IMG/VR virus record: IMGVR_UViG_3300015263_000719
Location: 1-64,000 of that record
Length of the DNA stretch: 64,000 nucleotides
Source of the DNA: a virus
Reading direction: 5' to 3' (one strand)
The notes under the pieces were generated by a model. The model made no database searches. It saw only the letters and a list, made by a program, of their open reading frames with translations, and was not told the origin of the DNA. Position numbers and translations under genes: made by a program. How positions within the stretch are numbered: position 1 is the first letter of the stretch; each line of letters begins with the position of its first letter. This document shows positions 39,533 to 49,200 of the stretch, one piece after another.

Positions 39533-39898
39533 TTATTGTAATATTTGTATTGTTGTTAAAATGCAGGATTCAGGATTGTTGTTAATGTCAACAACATTTA
39601 ACTGACTGCAATCTTTACTTGTTGAACTTACACATGGACCAATTGCATCACAATCATAAATAGATCCTACTAAGTCAGCATAACATCTTTTAAATGCTGC
39701 ATACAAAGCAGTAGTTATCTCACAATCTGAATTATCTATCAGCCAGAGATAAGCACTAATTTCTTTTATTTTACTGGAAGGATCACCATTACATTCAATA
39801 CCATATTTAGCATTGTTAACTTTCTCCTCCACTAATTTAGCTAAAGCACAAACAAAAGTTGGTTCTTTAGCTACATCCACATTCTGCAATTGAGCCAT
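39533..39898 (-). CDS. putative tail hub protein B
   Basis: Small Cys-rich protein (KYGIEC) overlapping the hub A candidate; crAss synteny. Confidence 0.4.
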   Translation of the reverse strand: MAQLQNVDVAKEPTFVCALAKLVEEKVNNAKYGIECNGDPSSKIKEISAYLWLIDNSDCEITTALYAAFKRCYADLVGSIYDCDAIGPCVSSTSKDCSQLNVVDINNNPESCILTTIQILQ

Positions 39899-40769
39899 CT
39901 GTTATTAATTTTTGATTTAATTTTTCTACTAACATAGAAAGTAAACCACATGCAATTTCACAATCACAATCTACTGTTGTACACTCTACACTTTTAATTA
40001 TTCCCTCATATAACATATGAGCATCATAATCTCCATCAGCAATTAGTCCAGGTATTTTACATTTAATAATAGGACTAACAAATGCACATGCTTGTTCTGT
40101 AATAATACTACCATCTTCATATTCAGCTTCTATTGTCACACCATATATTCCATCTGATAATGTACCAGTCTGAGAATAAAAACATGGTTGAACACATAGT
40201 TCACCATCCACAATAAGACATGAATTAGATACAGAGGTATCTTCAATACAATCTGAAAAAGTAAGTTGTGTTGTATCAGTTCCAACGTTTTTAAAAGTAA
40301 CTGTCTGAGGAACCAGACCAGGAACAAATCCATCAAACTGTAAAAGTATGACTGAGTTTGTACCTATACCATCTGTAAAGGAAATAGTAAATGTACTATC
40401 TACATTATTATTTACAAGCCAGGTATTAACCATGGCTTCCAGAGCACTCATAAAAGCTGACTTAACTCCTGCAACTAAGATTTGATACTCTGTTGGTGAT
40501 ACCACAAAATTCTTTTCTACACCATTTAAAGCAACAGTAAACTCAGTTATATAATTATAGCTGAATCCTCCTAACTCTAAATCAGTTTGTAAATTATACC
40601 AACAAGCATCACTGGAGAATTGAGTTAATTCTCCAGTGTACTCACTTGTATTACAACAGTTTATAATGGATGTAATTGTTACTTTAGTTAAATCAGGATC
40701 AGTAAAACTGATTTGATCTGAACTTAAACAAATTGCTTCATTATCATTTTTAACTGTTAATGTTAACAT
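39867..40769 (-). CDS. putative tail hub protein A
   Basis: LSDGIY motif and C-terminal CGC; crAss synteny. Confidence 0.5.
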   Translation of the reverse strand: MLTLTVKNDNEAICLSSDQISFTDPDLTKVTITSIINCCNTSEYTGELTQFSSDACWYNLQTDLELGGFSYNYITEFTVALNGVEKNFVVSPTEYQILVAGVKSAFMSALEAMVNTWLVNNNVDSTFTISFTDGIGTNSVILLQFDGFVPGLVPQTVTFKNVGTDTTQLTFSDCIEDTSVSNSCLIVDGELCVQPCFYSQTGTLSDGIYGVTIEAEYEDGSIITEQACAFVSPIIKCKIPGLIADGDYDAHMLYEGIIKSVECTTVDCDCEIACGLLSMLVEKLNQKLITDGSIAECGCS

Positions 40770-40771
40770 TA

Positions 40772-41011
40772 TTATTCTTCTATTTGTTCAGATTGTTTAA
40801 CCAATCTGAGATTTTGTTTATCAAACGCCCATGTAGATTTGTCTTCAATCTCCTTAGCATCAAGGAAAATATCAACAGTTTGAATCAATTGACGTTCATA
40901 ATTTTGCTGAGACAAAGCAGCTTGTTGAATTATACCAAGAAGTTTATTTTTAAAATTTTCTGGAAATTCTATTACTGCTGGTTCTTTAGTTGTCTTTTTT
41001 CTAGTAGCCAT
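40772..41011 (-). CDS. hypothetical protein (79 aa)
   Basis: Tightly packed co-oriented ORF. Confidence 0.6.
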   Translation of the reverse strand: MATRKKTTKEPAVIEFPENFKNKLLGIIQQAALSQQNYERQLIQTVDIFLDAKEIEDKSTWAFDKQNLRLVKQSEQIEE

Positions 41012-41013
41012 AA

Positions 41014-41478
41014 TTAAAATAATTTTCGTTTAATAGTAAGATTAATTCCTACTTGTTTGTTATATTGTTCAATATTATTAGTCCATTTCCAATCCATACC
41101 TAAAGTTATTAACCAGTTATTAAATCCATAATCAAATTCAATACTATTAAAAATATCTCTTGTAGAATTATAACCAAAATAACCATAGAACCAAAAAGGA
41201 ACTATATACACACTAAATCCATCTTGTTTAACTAATCTGAATTTATTTTTAAAAAAGAAAGTATAATCAGAATTAGTCCCTGATATATCAGTAACTATTC
41301 CTATACCCCCCTCTCCTTTAATTACACCATCTACATCTACTGTACCATAAACTCTTGCTTCATAACTATTTCCAAAAGTATGTTGAAGTGCTAATTCTAC
41401 ATTAGTACTTACTTCACATTGAGAATATGTTGTGAAGGAAAGTAATGATAATAATAGTGTTAGTATAAAGTGTTTCAT
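41014..41478 (-). CDS. secreted outer-membrane beta-barrel-like protein
   Basis: Sec signal peptide MKHFILTLLLSLLSFTTYS/Q, aromatic alternating strands, C-terminal Phe (GINLTIKRKLF). Confidence 0.6.
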   Translation of the reverse strand: MKHFILTLLLSLLSFTTYSQCEVSTNVELALQHTFGNSYEARVYGTVDVDGVIKGEGGIGIVTDISGTNSDYTFFFKNKFRLVKQDGFSVYIVPFWFYGYFGYNSTRDIFNSIEFDYGFNNWLITLGMDWKWTNNIEQYNKQVGINLTIKRKLF

Positions 41479-41786
41479 TATAATACATGTTTACCTTCTA
41501 CTCCTCTCAAAACTCTATCTTTAGTTCTGGATTCAAGAAGTCTTTGTGCTCTTGTAAGGAATTTAATACTTTGTTTATTTTCCTTACAAGGAAACTTTTT
41601 GTTTAAGCCTGTTAATCTATCTATTAACATTGCAAGAACTTCCTCATTAGTAGTTCCATCATTGACTGTCTTAGAGTCACCATCGTTGTTTACTTTTACT
41701 TTTTCTATAAATTGAATAACCTGAACTGTATCAGGATTTTCAAAATTAGATAGTTCGTATTTGTGATTTTCAGTTAAAACTTTCAT
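41478..41786 (-). CDS. tad1: Tad1-like anti-defence nucleotide sponge
   Basis: HKYEL..IQF..DGTTNEEVLAMLIDRL..FPCKEN..RTKDRVLRGVEG follows the Tad1 pattern H-x-Y..IxF..G...DLL..DRL..F..REN..R..DR..R.V.G. Confidence 0.7.
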   Translation of the reverse strand: MKVLTENHKYELSNFENPDTVQVIQFIEKVKVNNDGDSKTVNDGTTNEEVLAMLIDRLTGLNKKFPCKENKQSIKFLTRAQRLLESRTKDRVLRGVEGKHVL

Positions 41787-41791
41787 AATTG

Positions 41792-41823
41792 CAAAGTTAC
41801 ATAAAGTTTCTTACAATGTCAAA
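41792..41823 (-). promoter_or_regulatory. Bacteroidota sigma-A type promoter
   Basis: Minus strand TTTG(ACATTG), 20-nt spacer, TAACTTTG, then CAATT-ATG of the Tad1-like gene. Confidence 0.85.
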
Positions 41824-41824
41824 T

Positions 41825-42184
41825 TTAGTTTCCTCTTTCAGCAATTATCTCTTGTGCATCTACTATTACATCTGCTGCATCAGCAGGTTCTAAGTTCCAA
41901 GGTTCTACTTGAAGTGCAGCTTCAATAGTAGCTGTGTCTACTCCACTATCTATTTCTGCAATTGCATATTGTACTGCATCAGCATTAGGTGGCTGTAGTG
42001 ATTTCATCTGAGCTATCTCAGATTGTAGCTGTCCCTTATTTGAATTAAGGTTTGCTATTTCATTGTCTATAGCTGTTACAGCATTCTCTAATCTCTTTAC
42101 ATTCTCCAATACATCAGGAGTTTCAAAGTCAGATAAGAATTCATTTACTGTTCCAGGTCTTCTTCTTATATTATTACGTGCCAT
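41825..42184 (-). CDS. coiled-coil protein, possible fibre assembly chaperone
   Basis: Heptad region; directly after the tail fibre gene. Confidence 0.5.
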   Translation of the reverse strand: MARNNIRRRPGTVNEFLSDFETPDVLENVKRLENAVTAIDNEIANLNSNKGQLQSEIAQMKSLQPPNADAVQYAIAEIDSGVDTATIEAALQVEPWNLEPADAADVIVDAQEIIAERGN

Positions 42185-42196
42185 TTTTTTATTGTT

Positions 42197-45100
42197 TTAA
42201 TTTCCAACTATCCACCAAGCTGTACCATCGCAAACAATGGTTACTACATCATATTGAGTAGTCATGGTGTGACTTGTTGATGTACCCTCTAGGTTTTCTG
42301 TACCATTTGGATTAATGATTACATTACCTGTGGTTCCTAATTTTTTTATTTTATATTCTCTTCTAGCTACTTTTGCCGCAACAGGCAGGTTAATTGTAAC
42401 CGCTGCACCTGCTGTATCATCATCTACTAGTATTACATAATCATGTGCTGCTGTATAAGTGGTGGATGTTACAGTAGTAACAGGTTTATGTATTGCTCCA
42501 GTTTCTATATCTAATGCTCTAAAGTCATCAGCAGCAGTTATTACTGGCTGTATATATACTGCTCTAGTAATACCATTCGCCCCACCTGTTTGATTTATCT
42601 GTGGTCTAATGTATAGAGAAAAATACCTAGCTGTTCCAGAGGTAGGATTAAAACTTCTAACTTGATATATATCTCTTGCTTCTCCACTAGTAGGTGTTAA
42701 TACAGCACCAGTAAATCCAAAGTGAGCATTAGTTCCTGTATCATTATCATAGTTGCTAAAAAATCCTAATCCTCTTCCTGCACTACTTCCAGATGATATA
42801 GCTGTACCTGAAAAATTCCAGATCACAGGAGCATCATTACCTATAGTATTATCACCAAACCTAAGAGCATTATTAACTTGTAATTCTACATTAGTAGTAG
42901 CTCCACCAGAAGGTCCATTAATATATACAGCTCCTGTAGTATAATCTATTCTTACTCCTTCATTAGCTCCACCATTAAGTGAAGTTAATATTAAGTCATT
43001 ACTAGTTCCTTCTAGTCTTATTCTTTGTCTATTAGCACTATTGGTAAAGTAGATATCAGAATGATTAGCTGCTCCACCAGAGTCCATATAGAATATAATA
43101 TTGGAACCATTACCATCTACGTGTAGCTTACCTGATGGAGATGTAGTGCCTATACCTACATTGTAATTATAATCTAATGTCATAACTCTAGTCCAAGTAA
43201 GGTCAGATCCATAAGCTCCTAAGTGTAACTTACCATATCCTAAACCACCATGTTCTTGTCCTTGAATAAATCCAGTGTTATTTCCATCTATTGTAAAGGC
43301 AATTGCTGCTGTACCAAATGTCGCAGCCACATTCTCATTATTTATAAGAACCATCTGGCTACTATTTGCTCCAGTTCCAGCACCTGCATCATCAGATATA
43401 TGAAGATTAGTAGTAGGTGTAATTCCTATTCCTACATTGCCATTATCAAATACTACATCCCCTTCATCAGAGTATATAGAATAATAAGTTCCAGTCACAG
43501 CAGTAAGAGTAGGGTTAAGATAAAGACCTATTATATCTCCAGTAGCTGTGCCAGCTTGATTAACAGTAGGTCTTATGGATGCATAGTGAAAATTATGTGT
43601 GCTTGAAGCAGCAGTAATATCTCCACTTAAATCAAACAATTGAGATGTACCAGCAAATGTGTTAGTTCCATCTCTCTTAATGTTGAATCCCCCAGCATAC
43701 CAAATATTAGATATTGAAAATCTTTGACTAATTCCTCTACCTGTACCTGTATGATGTGTATCTATAGCACCACTATGCCCAAAAAAGTAAGCCCCATTAA
43801 AGTTTAAATTACCATCATATGATATATTTATATGATTATAAGTATTTCCGCTATCTGTAATAACTAATGGACTGCCATATGTGTCAGCGATAATCTTAAC
43901 ACCACCACCACTAGTTGTATAAGTAAATTGAGGCTCCTGAACTAAAGCTCCACCATTAGGAACTATTATCTGATCATCTACCCATGTAACTCCACCAGTA
44001 GATAATTCAGTCCACAAATCAGCAGCAGTACGTTCTCTAAAGATACCAGAGGCATCAAATACTGGATAGTAAGCACTAGTTCCAGAATTGAAAGTTCCTA
44101 TACCATATACTCCATATTCTATTAAACCATTATCATAGTTCTTGAACATTGATGTACCAGAACTATTTCTAGATTCTATTGCTACTGTAGCAGATGTAGT
44201 ACCAGGTCCAAATACAGATAATCTTCTATTAGTTAAACCATTATTACCAAATCCAAACTCATGAGAGGTAGTTATATTCATTCCAGCAGTACTGGAAGAA
44301 GGATTATTAAAGTATCCTAATCTGAATATATCAGATAAAGAGTTATCTATACCAGCTATCCATGTACCAACTGTATTAACAGTCCATGCTGTATAAGCAT
44401 CTCCTCCACCATTAGCTACATTAATTGATTGGAAAGCATTACCTGTTCCTATGTTCTGTAGATTATCTACGAGATTTCCAGATACTGTCCATGATCCAGT
44501 CATCTGATAAGCATTACCAGTAACAGTACCTGATGACCAGTAAGCAGTATCATTAGCTGTTGTTATGCCTGTAACTCCTACTCCAACAGTTCCAGATGTA
44601 CCAGATACTTCTAATTTATAATTAGGACTATTAGTTCCTATTCCTACATTACCGTCAGGTAGTATCCTAACTCTTTCTAAAGCTGTACCAGCACTACTTA
44701 CAGTACTAAGCTGTAGACCCCCACCAGATACTCCATCTGTATATCCTCTAATTCTAGCGGTAGCAACTCCAGCGCTACTAAAAAGAAGTAATGACCCAGT
44801 GTTAGCAGCAGATGATGTATTATTCAACTTGAACATTCCATTAGAGCTAAAGGAAGTACCAGTATCAGTCCTTTCAAGAGTGAGTAAATGAGTAGGACTA
44901 CTAGTTCCTACCCCTACCTCTCCAGTAGAAAGAACGGTGACTCTATCTAGTGAGTTAGTTCCTATATGTACATCTGATCCATCTCCTCTAAAATAACTAT
45001 TAGTAGCAGCAGCTCCAGTACCAATCCAAAGACCAGCAGTAGTGCCACTCCTATAATTAAGTTCTACTCTATTAAATGCAGTAGCTCTTTTAAGTCCTAA

Positions 45101-46252
45101 TTCAAATTCATTCCTAAGGGTTAACTGTCTACCTCCTAAGTAATCTATTTGTAAAGAATTAGTTCCTGAAGAGTCTATATGTAGATCAGATGTAGGTAAT
45201 GCAGTTCCTATCCCTAAGTTCCCACCTGTAAAGTAAGAGTCTCCATCAGCATTAAGGAATACTTGAGTAGCTCCTGCACTATCTTCAAGTGTGAGATCAT
45301 GTGCAGTAAGTATAGCATTTTGTGTACCTGATGTAGTATCAGCTACATAAAGACTAGCATCATTACCTGTTGAGTAAAAGTAAAATAATGATGCTGAGTT
45401 ATAGAAATAACTATTTCCACCATTCAACCAGAAGTTAGAATCTCCAATACTACTGGTCATGTATATATTAGCTGAACCAGTACTACTCTCAAGATTAATA
45501 GCTGCATTAGTATCAAGTACATCTAATGTAAAACTAGGTACTACATTGATACCAAATCTACCATTAGCTCCATCAAATCTAAAGAAGTCTGAGACTCCAT
45601 AATTAAATTCAAACCAATCTGTCAAAGTTGCTGTGGTAGTTGTAAGAACTGTTCCATTCCCATTATAAATACCACCAGCCCCAGGTGTAGCACCTAAGTA
45701 GGCTATGTTCCAGACACATATATCTCCGTTGGAATGTAGTGTATTGGAAGAAGCAACTGTAACAGGTATTGTCCACCAAGTACCATTATCAGTACCTGGA
45801 CCTGTTACATTAAAAATTACAGACTCTGATGCATCATCAGCAGACTGTATATATATTTTATCAGTTGTGGCAATTGCTCCAAGGAGAGGATTCATATCCA
45901 ATCCTGCATTATTAGTTTCACTTACATATATATTAGTAACAGATGCAAGTGTAGAGTTGTCATATCTGAAGAATCCTATACCAGGATCAGCAGCAACAGT
46001 AGATGTACTAAAAGTATATCCTAATACTCCTCCTGTACCTCCACCACAAGGCACAGGTAAACCATTTACTGATTCATAACAATTACCAGTATCAGAAGCA
46101 ATATATATGTGCTCATCATTAAGGCTGTCAAACAGAAGTATTTGAGCTTCTGTGAAATCAGTATTACGTAATGGATGATAACCTCGATAAGTACCATGAA
46201 AATGAAACCAATCATGAGCATCATCCCTAAAGTTTCCATTACTTCCTGCCAT
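42197..46252 (-). CDS. long tail fibre protein (1351 aa)
   Basis: Repeated GNVGIGTxxP..L beta-helix motifs, G/S/T-rich, C-terminal VTINLP..DGTAWWIV domain. Confidence 0.8.
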   Translation of the reverse strand: MAGSNGNFRDDAHDWFHFHGTYRGYHPLRNTDFTEAQILLFDSLNDEHIYIASDTGNCYESVNGLPVPCGGGTGGVLGYTFSTSTVAADPGIGFFRYDNSTLASVTNIYVSETNNAGLDMNPLLGAIATTDKIYIQSADDASESVIFNVTGPGTDNGTWWTIPVTVASSNTLHSNGDICVWNIAYLGATPGAGGIYNGNGTVLTTTTATLTDWFEFNYGVSDFFRFDGANGRFGINVVPSFTLDVLDTNAAINLESSTGSANIYMTSSIGDSNFWLNGGNSYFYNSASLFYFYSTGNDASLYVADTTSGTQNAILTAHDLTLEDSAGATQVFLNADGDSYFTGGNLGIGTALPTSDLHIDSSGTNSLQIDYLGGRQLTLRNEFELGLKRATAFNRVELNYRSGTTAGLWIGTGAAATNSYFRGDGSDVHIGTNSLDRVTVLSTGEVGVGTSSPTHLLTLERTDTGTSFSSNGMFKLNNTSSAANTGSLLLFSSAGVATARIRGYTDGVSGGGLQLSTVSSAGTALERVRILPDGNVGIGTNSPNYKLEVSGTSGTVGVGVTGITTANDTAYWSSGTVTGNAYQMTGSWTVSGNLVDNLQNIGTGNAFQSINVANGGGDAYTAWTVNTVGTWIAGIDNSLSDIFRLGYFNNPSSSTAGMNITTSHEFGFGNNGLTNRRLSVFGPGTTSATVAIESRNSSGTSMFKNYDNGLIEYGVYGIGTFNSGTSAYYPVFDASGIFRERTAADLWTELSTGGVTWVDDQIIVPNGGALVQEPQFTYTTSGGGVKIIADTYGSPLVITDSGNTYNHINISYDGNLNFNGAYFFGHSGAIDTHHTGTGRGISQRFSISNIWYAGGFNIKRDGTNTFAGTSQLFDLSGDITAASSTHNFHYASIRPTVNQAGTATGDIIGLYLNPTLTAVTGTYYSIYSDEGDVVFDNGNVGIGITPTTNLHISDDAGAGTGANSSQMVLINNENVAATFGTAAIAFTIDGNNTGFIQGQEHGGLGYGKLHLGAYGSDLTWTRVMTLDYNYNVGIGTTSPSGKLHVDGNGSNIIFYMDSGGAANHSDIYFTNSANRQRIRLEGTSNDLILTSLNGGANEGVRIDYTTGAVYINGPSGGATTNVELQVNNALRFGDNTIGNDAPVIWNFSGTAISSGSSAGRGLGFFSNYDNDTGTNAHFGFTGAVLTPTSGEARDIYQVRSFNPTSGTARYFSLYIRPQINQTGGANGITRAVYIQPVITAADDFRALDIETGAIHKPVTTVTSTTYTAAHDYVILVDDDTAGAAVTINLPVAAKVARREYKIKKLGTTGNVIINPNGTENLEGTSTSHTMTTQYDVVTIVCDGTAWWIVGN

Positions 46253-46253
46253 A

Positions 46254-49200
46254 TTAACTTCCTGCTATTAGTCTCCATCTTGAACTTATTGCATCATATC
46301 TTAGTATTACTGCACCACCTTCATTAACTCTATAATCAACCATTCCTGGTAGAATAAATCTATTTGCAGGAGAGGAAGATGCACTTTCATACTCCAGATT
46401 AAATGCTACAGTACCTATATTCCAAATCTCTACAATGAATCCATCTTGTGCATGAGATGCCAACATTCCTGTTAAGTAGTGGAATCCTGTAGAGTTATAT
46501 CTTATTATTCTTGTTTTATCCAGATCACCTGGATTGTAGTTGTGATGATCTACATTTCTTGCAGTACCATCTGTTTTGATACCAGTATCTGACCATGCTG
46601 AACTGGAGCTAGTCTCCACATCATTCATGGAAAGTTGATTAGTATTTCCTGAACCATCAGTTACAGTAAGGGTAAGTTGATTAACTAAACCACCACCTTC
46701 AAGATGTACATCTGAATAACCTGAACCAACAGTAGTTGTTGTCAGATTTATCTCTGGACCATCTATTAAGATGTCTCCATCATAACCTGAATTTTCAGAG
46801 TGAATACCAATGTATCCATTATTAGGTGAAGCACCTGTATCAAATATCTTAATGTATTCATTATCAGCAGTAGCAACTCTTCTGTAAAGACCTACACCAT
46901 CTGAATCAGCTTCTAAATGATTAGAAGTAGTAGAATCTACTGAAGATGACCATGCTCCTATTTGAGCAGTTTGTCCTGTACCAACTTTAACAGCTAAGTA
47001 TTGACTACCTTGTAAGCTATAAGTAATCCATCTGTTTGCAGTCTCATCCCATTTAGTATAAAGATTACTTGAAGTCAAGCCATCAATAGTTAAACCATAT
47101 ATGTCAAGGTCAACATTTCTATTTGCAGATAGTACACCACTATCATCATAAATGTTAGTGTCAGCACCTGCTACACCAGAACCATCAATAGTTATAGTAT
47201 CACCTGTTATACTTGTGGTTATACCACCTGTACCAGTTATAGTAAGAGTATCTACAGGAGAACTTGCAAGGGTGCTACCAGAATCAGAAGTAATAGTTTC
47301 CCAAAGATTCTGTGAGGAAGCTCCTGGTTGCCATTCACCATATCCATCAGCAACATCAACTAATGTAAATACATACCCTGCAGCTACAGTAGCATCAGAT
47401 ATTCCTTTAGTATTAAGTCTGATTTCAGAAACAGTACCTGAATTAACAACTGATATTCTACCTGTATTACCAGATGACTCAGTTATCATTTCTACAGATG
47501 TACCATTATTCAACTCAACTCTAGTATCATATGCTGTTACTAAATTCTCTATTCTCAAGAAAGCAGAACCAGCAAAGAAACTCAAGTCATGGTTATATAA
47601 TGTATCATGTGTCTTACTTATTTGCATCAAACTATCAGTATGATTAATAAAGGTAGTTTGAGTACCTGCTGAATTAGATGCAGTCCTTGTATAAATATTA
47701 TCATTAAAGATTTCACTCATACTATCACCACCTGAAACTGTTACATCTCTTAATAATTCATCATAATCCCATTGCTGAGTAGAGCTTGTAGCTCCTTGAA
47801 CAAAGTTAAAGATAAGAGTTTCAGCAGCAGTACCAGATAAAGTTCTTGTTTCAGTAGCTGTAATTGAACCATCAGTGTCATATATAGTTGTATCAGAACC
47901 ACCTGCTCCTATGTAATCTATAGTTAAAGTATCTCCTACAATTGTAGTGGATATATCAGTACCACCTAATATTTCAAGTGCATCAGTTGGTGTACTTGCT
48001 ACTGTTGAGCCTGTATCTGCTACAATAGTATACCAGATATTCTGTAATGAACCAGCAGCATATGGTACTTCTATTACATTACCAGTAGCATCTACTAATA
48101 AATAGTAAGCAGGAGTACCAGTAAATGTACCAACACCATAACTATTAAGCTGTAAAGCTCCAGCAGTAGTCATCTCTAACCTTGCACCACTGGTCATACT
48201 GAAGTTATTAATCAGTTTAAATGTATCAGAATCACTATTATCAATCCCTAAACTCCAGTTAGTTGAACCATTAATAGAGAAATACATAAAAGGATCACCT
48301 CCACCATCTTCTGTTTGAAGTGTTAATCTAAAATGAGCTGATGTACCAGGATCAGCATTTCTAAGAAGCCATCCTGTAAAACCATTATTATCATATCTTG
48401 AGTATAAATATTGAGAAGGTACAGCATCATCAAAGTTAATAAACTGTGTACCAGTCCATCTCCACCATAATGAATCTGTAAGTGTAGCTACTACTGAAGT
48501 TGGAACAGTACCTGAACCAACATATATACCAGTATCAACTCCACCACCTCCAGGAATAGGTTCTTCTATAACATTACCTGATGCATCAACAGCCAAGTAA
48601 TAAGTTGCAGTTCCTGTAAAAGATCCAAGACCATAATCATTCCACTGCCATTGACCACCATCAAAGACTGCTTTAGTAGCACCATCATAAATCCACTCAA
48701 AACCATTAAATGCATTACTATATTGGAATACACCTAAATCACTACCAGATTCATTTTGAAAAGCTATAAAGTTAGTACCTGTATCACCTGATACCATAAC
48801 TATTCCAGCATCATCACCAGTAGTATTACTATGTTGAACCATTAACTGACCACCACCATAATAAAAAGTAGGAGTAGCACCTGATTCATAAACTCTTAAA
48901 ATAGCTTGTGTTGTACCTGCAACAGTATCACCAACAGTAACACTATGTCCAGATACATCAATATGCATTATATTTTCAGTAGGACTCTCAAAGAAAAGAT
49001 CAAAAGTATTCATATAGATATAACTATTTCTAGTCATATCTGCAGCTCCTGTACCTGATGCAGTGTTACCAAGCTGAATATCATTGGCAACTTTTTGTAA
49101 AGCATTAGATGCAGTAGTAACTGCACCAGCTCCAGTATTAGTAATAGTAATAGTATCACCTACAATAGCTGTAGCAATACCTGCACCACCTACTATATTG

